Origin: Chitinophagales bacterium
GTDB lineage: Bacteria > Bacteroidota > Bacteroidia > Chitinophagales > Chitinophagaceae
DNA length: 53,622 nucleotides
Reading direction: 5' to 3'
NCBI GenBank assembly: GCA_020059395.1
Contig: JAGVCC010000110.1
Location: 1-53,622, forward strand
Below are positions 39,416 to 49,209 of the stretch, piece after piece. The position numbers were made by a program, and so were the translations under genes. Positions within the stretch are counted from its first letter, which is position 1. Each line of letters opens with the position of its first letter. The notes beneath the pieces were generated by a model. That model had not been told where the DNA came from, did no database searches, and saw only the letters and a list, made by a program, of their open reading frames with translations.

Positions 39416-42295
39416 ATGAAAGTATTTTTGCTAAATTTTACTTTTTTGCTAAGCAGTTTTATTGTGGCAGCACAGGATAAAGGGATATCCACACAGGATA
39501 GTTGTTTTTTGCAATATACCGAAGTGCCATTAGCTACCGGCAATTTCAAGTCACAAGTAACTGCTCCATTTTACCTGGTATTTACAAAACAAAAATTAGC
39601 TGCTGGTTATACGGTAGTAAGGCAACTTAGCAATACTGCTTATATTATTAAAAACCCCTTCACTGCCAAAATAAGTTTTTCTGAAAATGATTTTTTCAAA
39701 ATAATGCCTGCCAATAACCAGTGGAAACTGTCGCCTGCTGTTTGCAATAAGTTAACCAGCCTGAAAAAAAAACAACTGCATAATTTTATTGTAACAGGCA
39801 CTTCGCTTACTGAAGTAATTAATCTTCTGGAAACTCAAAATATCAGGGTTCTTCAAAAAGACAGCAGCAGTGCATCTGCCGTAATACAATGCACCCCTAC
39901 ATTAATAAGCAGGTATTTGCTTAACCAGCAGCAAATTATATTTATTGATTTTTACATTTCGCCTTCATCAGAAATAAATGCAGTCGGCTACAAACGCTTT
40001 ACCAATAATATAAGCCTGCTCGATTATAAAATTGCAAAAGCCAATGGCAAAAATATTGTAGTGGGTATAAAAGAGCAGAATATGGATAAGGACGATATTG
40101 ACCTGGTGAAACGAACAATACCCTCAACATTAGCCGCCCCCACGTTAAATGTGCATGCTACTACCATTGCCACACTATTAGGCGGGGCTGGAAACAGCTA
40201 TTATGATGGCAGGGGTATTGCCCATGCCTGTAAATTTTACTCCAGTTCTTTTGCTAATTTATTTGCAGATAATTTTACTATACTTAATCAAAATAACGTC
40301 AGCCTTCAAAACCACTCGTATGGAACTGTAGTGCAGCAGTTTTATGGTGCAGAAGCATTGAGCTATGATGCGCAGCTATGGCAAAATAAAAACATGCTCC
40401 ATATTTTTTCTTCTGGTAACAGGGGTGAAAGTGCACCAACAGACGGGCTTTATCAGGGAATTACAGGTTATGCCAATCTTACTGCTAACTTTAAAATGGC
40501 AAAAAATATTATTTCGGTTGGTGCGGTTACAGACCTGTCAAAATTTATTTCGTTTAGCTCTGCAGGACCTGTTTATGATGGCAGGTTAGCGCCACAGCTA
40601 GTAGCCTTAGGTGCCAATGGCACTTCCGATGCTGCCGCATTGGTAAGCGGCACAGCAGCCGTTATGCAGCAGGTGTATAAAGACAGTAATATGCAACAGT
40701 TGCCTCCTGCTTCGCTTATTAAAGCCATTTTGTACAACACCGCAGGTGACGTACACACACACGGCATTGATTATAAAACCGGATATGGGCTGCTAAACGC
40801 CTACGAGGCTGTAAAAAGTCTGCAACAAAAAAAATACACGGGTGGCACCGTAACAGCAACACAGCCCTGGGTTAATACCATAAATCTGTCTGCAAACATT
40901 GCCCGCTTAAAAGTTACGTTAGCCTGGACAGATACAGCAGCCACCATTAACAATAACAAGGCACTTATTAACGATTTAGACCTTGAAATAAAAGAATTGA
41001 CTTCGGGTTTTGTTTACAAACCCTGGGTATTAAACAGTGCAGCATCAGTTGATTCGCTCTTGCAACCGCCTAAACGCAGAAGAGACTCTTTAAATACGGC
41101 TGAACAAATTTCAATAGACTTGCCTGATGCCGGTTTGTACGAAATAAAAGTTAGTGGGTTTAACATTATAAACGGCAGTATTCCTTTTTCTGTTGCAATA
41201 AACGCAGATACTATAAACACATTTAGTTTTATAAACCCCTCTAATACATCTGACGTACAGAAATATGAAGATGATACACTTACTATTAGCTGGGCAACAA
41301 AAACTGTTAATACAAACGCAACCGGAAGCTTATACATTACTTACAATGATGGAAATACATGGGAAGTAATAAGCAACAATACTAATCTTAATACCCAGAT
41401 GTACCGATGGTATATTAAAGACACTGTTTCGGCTGCACGGCTGAAAATGGAAACAAGCTTTGGCAGTTTTCAGTCAAACAATTTTATAATTAGAGATAAA
41501 TTCAGGCTCAATCTTGATTATAATTGTACTGACTCTTTTCGACTGTCGTGGAAAAGGTACATTTTTGCCAGCAACTACAAAATTTATGCTTTAAAAGACA
41601 GCAGCCATTTAGAGTTTATTACTGCAACTGCCGATACCTTTAAAGTATTTAATAAATCACAATACCCATATTCTAATTACGCAGTTGAGCCAGTACTTAG
41701 TAATAACATACCTGCGGCCTTTAGCGGCAGCTATGCTATCAATCTTCTACAAACAAAATGTTATTATACTGCCCTAAACTATAATATTGCAGATATTAAT
41801 GCTTTGCAGCTAAACCTTACACTAAGCTTTGCCGGTAATGTACAAAGTGTGCAATTTGAAAAAGTGACTAATACAGGGCAGTTGCTCAATAGGCAACCGG
41901 CGCAAAATATAACTGCTAATGAGTTTATTTATTATAGTGATAATTTTATGTTACAAAAGGGTGTAAATTATTTCAGGGCAAAAATAACCCTTGTAACCGG
42001 GCAGGTAATTTATACAGATATTGTTTCTGCTTTATCCACGGGTGAAGATAAAATTTTGTTTTATCCAAACCCTGTTACCAGAAACGCACCATTAAATTAT
42101 TTATTGAAAGATAATTTGGGAACTAACTTCAAACTTCTTTTATACAATAGTAGTGGACAATTGTTAAGCACTTCGCAGATATCTTCGGTAGGCACAGTCG
42201 ATGTAAACAATTTGCCACAGGGAGTAATTATTTATAGAGTTATCACAGAAGATAACACCCTATTTACAAAAGGCAAGTTTATTATACTAAATTAA
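39416..42295 (+). CDS. S8 subtilase with T9SS type A C-terminal sorting domain
   Basis: HATTIA, NHSYG, SSGN, GTSDAA, GYG, VTLAWTD; CTD FYPNP...YNSSGQ...LPQG...GKFII. Confidence 0.9.
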   Translation: MKVFLLNFTFLLSSFIVAAQDKGISTQDSCFLQYTEVPLATGNFKSQVTAPFYLVFTKQKLAAGYTVVRQLSNTAYIIKNPFTAKISFSENDFFKIMPANNQWKLSPAVCNKLTSLKKKQLHNFIVTGTSLTEVINLLETQNIRVLQKDSSSASAVIQCTPTLISRYLLNQQQIIFIDFYISPSSEINAVGYKRFTNNISLLDYKIAKANGKNIVVGIKEQNMDKDDIDLVKRTIPSTLAAPTLNVHATTIATLLGGAGNSYYDGRGIAHACKFYSSSFANLFADNFTILNQNNVSLQNHSYGTVVQQFYGAEALSYDAQLWQNKNMLHIFSSGNRGESAPTDGLYQGITGYANLTANFKMAKNIISVGAVTDLSKFISFSSAGPVYDGRLAPQLVALGANGTSDAAALVSGTAAVMQQVYKDSNMQQLPPASLIKAILYNTAGDVHTHGIDYKTGYGLLNAYEAVKSLQQKKYTGGTVTATQPWVNTINLSANIARLKVTLAWTDTAATINNNKALINDLDLEIKELTSGFVYKPWVLNSAASVDSLLQPPKRRRDSLNTAEQISIDLPDAGLYEIKVSGFNIINGSIPFSVAINADTINTFSFINPSNTSDVQKYEDDTLTISWATKTVNTNATGSLYITYNDGNTWEVISNNTNLNTQMYRWYIKDTVSAARLKMETSFGSFQSNNFIIRDKFRLNLDYNCTDSFRLSWKRYIFASNYKIYALKDSSHLEFITATADTFKVFNKSQYPYSNYAVEPVLSNNIPAAFSGSYAINLLQTKCYYTALNYNIADINALQLNLTLSFAGNVQSVQFEKVTNTGQLLNRQPAQNITANEFIYYSDNFMLQKGVNYFRAKITLVTGQVIYTDIVSALSTGEDKILFYPNPVTRNAPLNYLLKDNLGTNFKLLLYNSSGQLLSTSQISSVGTVDVNNLPQGVIIYRVITEDNTLFTKGKFIILN

Positions 42296-42300
42296 AAAAG

Positions 42301-43191
42301 ATGAAGAGAATCAACATAATTATTTACGCATGGCTTCTTTTTTTTACATCAGCCTGTAATTTTAATGCTGCAACAAAAAAGCTGCAAAAATCAGCAGCTG
42401 GTTTTGAGTATGAAATTATTAAATCTGACAGCAACATTAATTTAAAATTTGGCGATGTGGTTAAACTGCATCTAACACAATATGCAGATGATTCTTTAAT
42501 GAATACAACATATACCAGCCTTCCCGAGTATATAAAAATCGACTCTGCAACAATAAATAAGTTTGATTACACAGCAATTTTACCTTTATTACATATTAAT
42601 GATAGTGCAGTTTGCTACTTTTCTACAACTCAGATAATTAAAAATGCAGCAAACGATAAAGAGATACCTGAGTTTTTAAAAACAACGAAACAAATAAAGG
42701 TTTGTATTAAAGTATTAAAAAGTTATCAAAATGACAGTATTGCAAGCAAAGAATATTTTGGGGATAAAGCAGTCTATATGTCTGCTCTTCAAAAAAAAGA
42801 CAGTGTAAATTTAGTGCAGGCAAATTTACAATTCGATAGTTTGATTAACAAAGAAACCGGCCCTGTTACAAAGCTTCTGAGCGGCATTTACGTAAAAGTA
42901 ATTAAAACTGGTACAGGCAATAGGGGTGTTTCCGGCGATAGTATAAGTATTCTTTATAAAAGTTATTTGCCTGACGGAAATTTAGTAGAAGCCTCGAACG
43001 CACAAAATCCACTCGTTTTAAAAAAGTCTGGCGAATATGCAATAAAAGGATTTTATGAAGCAACAGCAAACCTAACCAAGGGTAGTATGGCGAAATTATT
43101 TATACCAGCAATGGCAGCTTATGGAAAAAGTGGATATGGGAGAAAAGTGCCGCCATTTTCAAACCTAATAATTGAGGTAGAAATATTATAA
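42301..43191 (+). CDS. FKBP-type peptidyl-prolyl isomerase lipoprotein (two FKBP-like domains)
   Basis: Lipobox TSAC; GTG..GDSISILY, IKGF, LFIP..AYG, VPPFSNLIIEVEI. Confidence 0.85.
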   Translation: MKRINIIIYAWLLFFTSACNFNAATKKLQKSAAGFEYEIIKSDSNINLKFGDVVKLHLTQYADDSLMNTTYTSLPEYIKIDSATINKFDYTAILPLLHINDSAVCYFSTTQIIKNAANDKEIPEFLKTTKQIKVCIKVLKSYQNDSIASKEYFGDKAVYMSALQKKDSVNLVQANLQFDSLINKETGPVTKLLSGIYVKVIKTGTGNRGVSGDSISILYKSYLPDGNLVEASNAQNPLVLKKSGEYAIKGFYEATANLTKGSMAKLFIPAMAAYGKSGYGRKVPPFSNLIIEVEIL

Positions 43192-43316
43192 GTGAAACGG
43201 AACAAGAATTAACTTCCCTGAAACGTAATATTACCGGGTTTTAGTTTTGTTAACTTAGCATGCAGTATTTAGTAAGAAAATTGTTTTCAGAAAAGATGAA
43301 TAACTATATTAAAACA

Positions 43317-43919
43317 ATGAAGTTTCTTGTAATAGACGACCACTCCATAACAAGGCTGGGAATAGAAAATCTGCTCAAATCCAATTATTCATTTTGCAAA
43401 GTGGATGCTGCTTCTAATGGGTTAGAAGCAATACGGCTGGTAAAAAATAATGCATATGATCTTGTAATTGTTGATATAAATATACCCGGAACAGATACAC
43501 TGGAATTAACACATAAAATTACAAGTGAACTAAAGCAAAAAGTACTGGTGCTTTCAATGAGTCCTAAAATTGCATTCATGAATTCCTACCTGAATAAAGG
43601 CGCTGCTGCATTTTTGGAAAAAAGTGAAACTGACGATACAATAGCCCAAACAATTGCTGATATTATTTCTGGTAAAACAATTAGTAATCCTGTAGAAAAT
43701 AAATCGTCTGCCCTGCCAGCACCATTTAATACCCTTACAAAAAAGGAGTTTAGCGTAATGCTGCTTTTAGTACAGGGAAAATCTGTAAGTGAAATTGCAA
43801 CCCTGCTTGATTCTCACACATCTACCATTGGCACTCAAAAGCAAAAGGTTTTTGAGAAAACCGGAGTAGATAATGTTATTGCCCTTAAACAATTACATGA
43901 TTTATACAAAGTGAGCTGA
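43317..43919 (+). CDS. NarL/LuxR-family response regulator
   Basis: Likely start ATG at 43317; VIDDH, VDINIP (phospho-Asp), VLSM, FLEK, LTKKE...GKSVSEIA HTH. Confidence 0.92.
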   Translation: MKFLVIDDHSITRLGIENLLKSNYSFCKVDAASNGLEAIRLVKNNAYDLVIVDINIPGTDTLELTHKITSELKQKVLVLSMSPKIAFMNSYLNKGAAAFLEKSETDDTIAQTIADIISGKTISNPVENKSSALPAPFNTLTKKEFSVMLLLVQGKSVSEIATLLDSHTSTIGTQKQKVFEKTGVDNVIALKQLHDLYKVS

Positions 43920-44043
43920 CTTCCTTTCTATAGAAAGCGGAATAGAATATTTTCTATTTTTTTTCCACTACTCCACTTGTAATTTCATACTGTTAAATAA
44001 GTGTTTACTTAAACGGTTTCATTTATCACGAAGCTGAACATGT

Positions 44044-45039
44044 ATGTTTTTAAATCGCTATAAACTCCACAATTTAAAAGACTACGCCAACTCACTTTTG
44101 GAAAACGTAAACTTTTCAGGTACGGACGAAAAGGTAATTTATGACCCTGAAGTAGCCGAAGGAGGTTCTTTTTTCATAAGAATCAGTAATTCAATTTCAT
44201 TGCAGGTGGCTAACTATGTTGCAAAAACTGATATGGTATTTGAAAGACAATCCGGCACTGAATGCGATATACTTATAAGCTTTCAGAACTTTACATTTTG
44301 TCAGTGTCATTGTTCAAAAGACTGCGATGAAATTATAGCCAACAATAACAGTATTGGCTCTGTACAGTGCAAGGGCACACTGGTAGCAGAAAAAATAAAG
44401 GTTCCGCCTGGAGTACATGTAAAAGTTATTTTAGTTCTGTTAAAGCAAGGATGGCTTGACGAATTACTGGCAGATGAGAACCTCAAAGGCTATTTTGAGA
44501 AGTATACCAACATTCCTGCTCTTAACTACAGAAAAGAATTTTTATCGATTTTACAACGGGGTCTGTTCGAAGAAATTATGACTACAGGCCTGACCAGAAA
44601 ATTAAATAAACTCTTTATAAAATCGAGAGTGCTTACATTGTTAGAGTCTTTTTTCAATGACATTCTTGAGAAAGATGTGCAAGATGACGAACGTAAAGCC
44701 TTTTATAGTACCAAAAAAGACATTGAAAAGCTGCAACTTTCTATTACACTGATAGAATCTCATCTGCAAACCTTTTTTCCTGGTATAGAAGTACTTGCAA
44801 AAAACGCCTGCATGTCCAGAACTAAATTCATCTGCCTGTTTTATGAAGTTTATGGAATGAGTGCTTTTGAATACTACCAGAAAAAGAGAATGGATATTGC
44901 TTATGAATATTTAGCAACACAGCACTTACAAATTGCCGAGGTAGCATCTAAAATTGGCTATTGCAGCAGCAGCAGTTTTATACAGGCTTTCAAAAAACAG
45001 TATGGATTTTTACCAAAAGAAGTTTTTGCAAAAAATTGA
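44044..45039 (+). CDS. AraC-family transcriptional regulator
   Basis: C-terminal LAKNACMSRTKF...IAEVASKIGY...FKKQYGFLP double HTH. Confidence 0.9.
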   Translation: MFLNRYKLHNLKDYANSLLENVNFSGTDEKVIYDPEVAEGGSFFIRISNSISLQVANYVAKTDMVFERQSGTECDILISFQNFTFCQCHCSKDCDEIIANNNSIGSVQCKGTLVAEKIKVPPGVHVKVILVLLKQGWLDELLADENLKGYFEKYTNIPALNYRKEFLSILQRGLFEEIMTTGLTRKLNKLFIKSRVLTLLESFFNDILEKDVQDDERKAFYSTKKDIEKLQLSITLIESHLQTFFPGIEVLAKNACMSRTKFICLFYEVYGMSAFEYYQKKRMDIAYEYLATQHLQIAEVASKIGYCSSSSFIQAFKKQYGFLPKEVFAKN

Positions 45040-45095
45040 TCACTCCTAATCATTTTTCCTGCATATAACTTTCTACCCTATAATAAACATTAAGA

Positions 45096-45227
45096 ATGAC
45101 TTATTTGCTTTTCGGCTGTTTTATATTAACTACTATTTGTTTAGCAGTATGCCTTATTTATTTTTATCGGCAGCACAAAAAGTTAAAGCAAATGCAAAAA
45201 AAAATTCAAAAGTATCACCAATATTAA
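45096..45227 (+). CDS. Putative 43-aa single-pass membrane protein (below ORF-track cutoff)
   Basis: MTYLLFGCFILTTICLAVCLIYFYRQHKKLKQMQKKIQKYHQY; one hydrophobic helix then a basic tail; A-rich start context. Confidence 0.5.
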   Translation: MTYLLFGCFILTTICLAVCLIYFYRQHKKLKQMQKKIQKYHQY

Positions 45228-45549
45228 CTGCAGCAGTGTTGTAACTGCATACATGAAAACAAGTGCTGTATTTAATTTTTGATTAGCGTTATTTTAATAG
45301 TTTAATGAAGTACTATAATCAATTTAATTAACACGAATTACTTGTGTTTATGCAATCAATTAGTTATAAAAAACTTTAGGCATCATTTTTAACTTGTACA
45401 TGCTGTGCAGGTTTCTATTACCCTCTTTATTAACTCTTACCCTGGTTAAAAGCATCTGGTTTATTGGTTCTTTATATAACCAAATTCAGATTTGTATTAA
45501 AGCATCATATAAAAGAATTATTACAACGTTCAATGCTTAAGTCCTCAGT

Positions 45550-45557
45550 TAAGTTTG
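45550..45557 (+). promoter_or_regulatory. Possible Bacteroidota sigma-A -7 element
   Basis: TAAGTTTG matches TAnnTTTG, 36 bp before ATG 45594; no clear -33 TTTG. Confidence 0.35.
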
Positions 45558-45593
45558 CATCCTAAATTTTATATTAACTTTTAAAAAAAAATC

Positions 45594-46628
45594 ATGAAAA
45601 AAACCAATTTAGCATTGGGCATTTTGTCCCTTGGTTTATTGCTTACTGCATGCCAAAAACAGACAAAGGAAATTAATCCAGTTGTTTCAGAGGTAATTAC
45701 TGCTTCAACCGAAGCAATAATAAAACCTACATTATCTACCGATGGTAAGATAGCTACTTTTAGCCAAAGTGGCAATATCGGAAGAAAGAGCCTAGTAGAC
45801 AATAAGTGGACCAAGATTATCATCAAAAAAAATGTAACATTAACAGGTAGTTTTTATATGCCTACCCGGACTACTCCAATAGAAATTGCGGGTGAAAGTA
45901 GAACGACTTCCATTATACAAGGCGATGGATCAAGACCCACTGATGATTTTGATGCAAATGGAGACTCTCTTAAAGGCAAATCATACTCAGCAATCAGAGC
46001 AGATCTTTCGCCTAATGTGTATGTTCATGATCTCAAAATTACAAAACCGATGAAATTTCACATACACGGAGGTTTTGGAAATGTTACAGTAGAAAGATGT
46101 GATCTTATTGCAGGTGGAAACACAGAAACCAGCGATGGTGTGCATGGTGGGTTAACTAAAACGATTATAAAAGATTGTTATATAGATGTTTATGATGATG
46201 CACTTTACACAATTGAGTGTAAGTTGGTAGAAAATACAATTATTAAACATAATAAAAACGGTAGTCCGTTTATGACTAGCTGGGGAAAAAATGTACCAAC
46301 AAATCATGTTTGTGTTGTTAGAAATTGTAAAGTATACGCCAATTATACAGGTACTAATTACAGCCATGGTGTTTTTGGTTGGGCCAAAAAAACTAACGAT
46401 GTTGCTCAAACAATCGGCATAAAAATTGAAGGTACTTTCGATTATATAGTTCCTACTGGTAAAGGTCGTGCTCCTATGTACTCAATTGCAAAGCTTGCAA
46501 ATAGTCAACCTACACCAGTTAAAAATGCAACAATAAGTATCGATGGTGTTTGTCCTTCTAAGACAAGTATAGATATACGTCCATCAGCTACAAACTCTAA
46601 AGTTGAATTTAAGAATTGTCCTAATTAA
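45594..46628 (+). CDS. Surface lipoprotein with predicted right-handed beta-helix (pectin lyase-like fold)
   Basis: Lipobox LTAC-QK; short strand repeats (NVYVHDLKI, NVTVERC, IIKDCYI, VVRNCKV); TSDGVH and YDDAL motifs. Confidence 0.7.
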   Translation: MKKTNLALGILSLGLLLTACQKQTKEINPVVSEVITASTEAIIKPTLSTDGKIATFSQSGNIGRKSLVDNKWTKIIIKKNVTLTGSFYMPTRTTPIEIAGESRTTSIIQGDGSRPTDDFDANGDSLKGKSYSAIRADLSPNVYVHDLKITKPMKFHIHGGFGNVTVERCDLIAGGNTETSDGVHGGLTKTIIKDCYIDVYDDALYTIECKLVENTIIKHNKNGSPFMTSWGKNVPTNHVCVVRNCKVYANYTGTNYSHGVFGWAKKTNDVAQTIGIKIEGTFDYIVPTGKGRAPMYSIAKLANSQPTPVKNATISIDGVCPSKTSIDIRPSATNSKVEFKNCPN

Positions 46629-46782
46629 TACAATCAACGTTCTAGCATATATGGTCTCAAAGAAGATATTGCACAAATCAAAGAAGATCATAAATCACCA
46701 ATACGTCTACAAAAACGTATTCTTGTGGCACAGCACCTAATGCCAATAATGCGTTAGATTAAATGTTGGGGCATTAAGTATT

Positions 46783-46829
46783 ATAACACCATAGGCTGCT
46801 TTTATAAGGCAGCCTATAGTGTTATTTTT
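46783..46829. terminator. Intrinsic terminator between convergent genes
   Basis: ATAACACCATAGGCTGCTTT-TAT-AAGGCAGCCTATAGTGTTAT followed by TTTT. Confidence 0.8.
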
Positions 46830-47051
46830 GAGTAATGTTGGAGTTGTTAGGGCAAATGGATTTAATTATACTATGCTATCCAACCTGCTTTACGAAGATG
46901 TATAAAAATATTATTTTGTTTTTTATCTATGCGCTTATATTTCTTTATTACTTTTAATCAAATACAGCAATAAAGAAATTTAATATTTTATGGTTTTGAA
47001 AAATTTGGATAAGAGTTCTGTCATTGCTTCGTTATATATTGATGCTTTCGG

Positions 47052-47768
47052 TTAATTAGGTTTTGTAGTAAGTTTGTCTATTTCTTCAGATAAGATATCA
47101 AAAATATTAGTTTTTCTGCCTGTTACTACACTTTTTATAATACCATTTTCATCAACTACCATTGTGGTAGGATAAGCTGAAACACCTGTTTGGGCAATAT
47201 AATCTTTAGCGCTTGGAATATGGGTAAATTTAAACGGATGCAACTTTAAAAACTTTTTTAGCTCCGCATTATTGTTATAGGTAATTGCAATAAAGTTTAC
47301 AGCATCATATTTAGTTATTAATTTATTGAGTTCTGGCATTTCTTCAATACAGGGCATACATGCCGTAAACCAAAAATTAACTACTGTAATTTTTCCACGC
47401 AGTTTGGTTGCGGTAATTTTTTTTCCTGATAATGTTTTTAAACTAAACTGGGGGAGGCTCGTATTTATTAAAGCAGAATTTTTCTCCAAAATTGAATTGC
47501 TCCGCACACTATCAACTCTTTTGTCGGCATCGGTTTTTCTAAAAAGGGTAACTATTTTTTTACCATTTTCAGTTGGGCCATGCATCATAGAAAAAGTGCC
47601 TTTTTTTAAAAATGATAGCAGGCTGTCTTGCGTAAAAACATACCCACTCTTGTCTTTAAATATCGTATTAGGGTCATTAAAATTGATGCCTTGCGCAAAT
47701 GCAAATCAGGAAATAAACAGCAGGAGCATTAAAGCGAAACATGTTCTGGATAATTTTGTTAATCTCAT
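47052..47768 (-). pseudogene. TlpA/ResA-family thiol-disulfide oxidoreductase with in-frame TGA in its signal peptide
   Basis: ATG at 47768: MRLTKLSRTCFALMLLLFIS*FAFAQG... runs in frame into the 47588 ORF; VVNFWFTACMPCIEEMP, AYPT. Confidence 0.8.
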
Positions 47769-47925
47769 AATTTTAATTAGTTTAAACAATTGTGTAATCT
47801 TAGATTTTTAAAATACGAAAGACTTCGCTTACATTGGGCGAAGCAGGCTTCTTCTATTTTTTTGATTTTGTATTTCTTTGAATGTTTAGATAAATATGTG
47901 ATGATTGCAAAAGCAGATTTGTTAA

Positions 47926-47960
47926 ACAAAAGTTCCGGTTATATACAATAACCGGAACTT
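47926..47960 (-). terminator. Intrinsic terminator downstream of the astacin gene
   Basis: AAGTTCCGGTTAT-ATACA-ATAACCGGAACTT perfect 13-bp arms; T-rich tail on the minus strand. Confidence 0.8.
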
Positions 47961-48067
47961 ACTTATTAAAATTAACTCTGTTAATCTATTTTATAATTAT
48001 AGCCGGTTTAATAACTGCTAACTTACAACCATAACTGTAGCTGTTGAAAGCACCTTTTATTTATCAG

Positions 48068-48901
48068 TTAGTATTTACTATTTACAACAGCAATATCATT
48101 CGTTGATAAAGCAGTACGTTGAACAGAAAATGTACTGCCGTTTTTCTTAACAATTGTTGGCAGTCCATTGCTTGAAAAAGCATAAGAGCTGTACATCATA
48201 ATTGAGCCAAAATCTAAAACTCCGTTGGCGGTACAGCTGGAGCATTTATTAAAATTTCCAGAATAACCCGATCTGATATTTTGATAATTGATAGTTACGT
48301 AACTATCTCTGTCTGTTCTGGATTGTTCATGATATAAGCCTGCCGCATGGCCAATTTCATGTATGGTATTGCCAGTACTACAATCAGTTGCAATACTTAA
48401 ATCCTGAGGACCGCCAATCATTCCTATATAAGAGTAACATCCGCTTCCTTGAATTACATTAATATAATTAGCCTGATTGGTTCTTTGTACAAAAGTAAAT
48501 CCCAGCTTCTGGTTCCAGTGTGCAGCTGCAGCAAGAAATTTATCTTTTGTAGCTTGTGAAATTCCAGTGGCAAAGCGGTAAGCAATTCTGCGGTTTGGCC
48601 AGTTGTAAGAACTGATAGTACTGATAGTCCCTTCAGTTTGTGGCTTATTTAACTGCCATGGCGCAATTAAAATATCACCCTCCCACAAATTTAACCCATC
48701 AATTTTTTTGTAACTAATCTCTCTGCCTTCCAATTGGCCGGTGGCATCGTCACCTATTTCGCCAGAAGCAGACCTGTATTGTTCTGTTACGCAGTCACTG
48801 CATTCAGGTTTAAAAATGTCAGTTACCGCTTCATTTTTTTGGCAACTGGATATTGCCAGCATAATTACCAGCGATGTAAGAGTTACTTGTAGCTTTTTCA
48901 T
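48068..48901 (-). CDS. M12A astacin-family (flavastacin-like) metallopeptidase lipoprotein
   Basis: Lipobox ISSC-QKNE, EGDIL prodomain, GCYSYIG, HEIGHAAGLYHEQSRTDRD, SIMMY Met-turn. Confidence 0.94.
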   Translation of the reverse strand: MKKLQVTLTSLVIMLAISSCQKNEAVTDIFKPECSDCVTEQYRSASGEIGDDATGQLEGREISYKKIDGLNLWEGDILIAPWQLNKPQTEGTISTISSYNWPNRRIAYRFATGISQATKDKFLAAAAHWNQKLGFTFVQRTNQANYINVIQGSGCYSYIGMIGGPQDLSIATDCSTGNTIHEIGHAAGLYHEQSRTDRDSYVTINYQNIRSGYSGNFNKCSSCTANGVLDFGSIMMYSSYAFSSNGLPTIVKKNGSTFSVQRTALSTNDIAVVNSKY

Positions 48902-49209
48902 TTTTTTAAATTGTTTGTTAAGAAATATTTACAATATGAATTTATAACAATGCCTAAGCAGTTACCCTTGTTCATAGTGCATATTTTAACATAAAAATGT
49001 TTAAATAGTACATATTTTGTTACCTAATACCACATCAGGTTAAGAGGTCAAATAATGCGGATTAAATTGCTATAAATTAATGAAACACCCGATGTATTTA
49101 TTTTAAGTAGTTGCTTTAAATAAAAAATACGTTACCGGTAGAAGGGGTATTACGGGAATTAGATTATAAAATTCTTGTAAATGCATCTCAATCGATTATT
49201 AATTAACGA

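Noticed and set aside
46651-46740. 29-aa ORF MVSKKILHKSKK... containing a repeated TCAAAGAAGAT
   Set aside because: No leader/core, signal or membrane features and no modifying enzymes nearby; two 11-bp copies do not make an array.
47706-47708. Selenocysteine at the in-frame TGA of the thioredoxin-fold gene
   Set aside because: The TGA is in the signal peptide, not the CxxC (which is CMPC), and no convincing SECIS-like hairpin follows.
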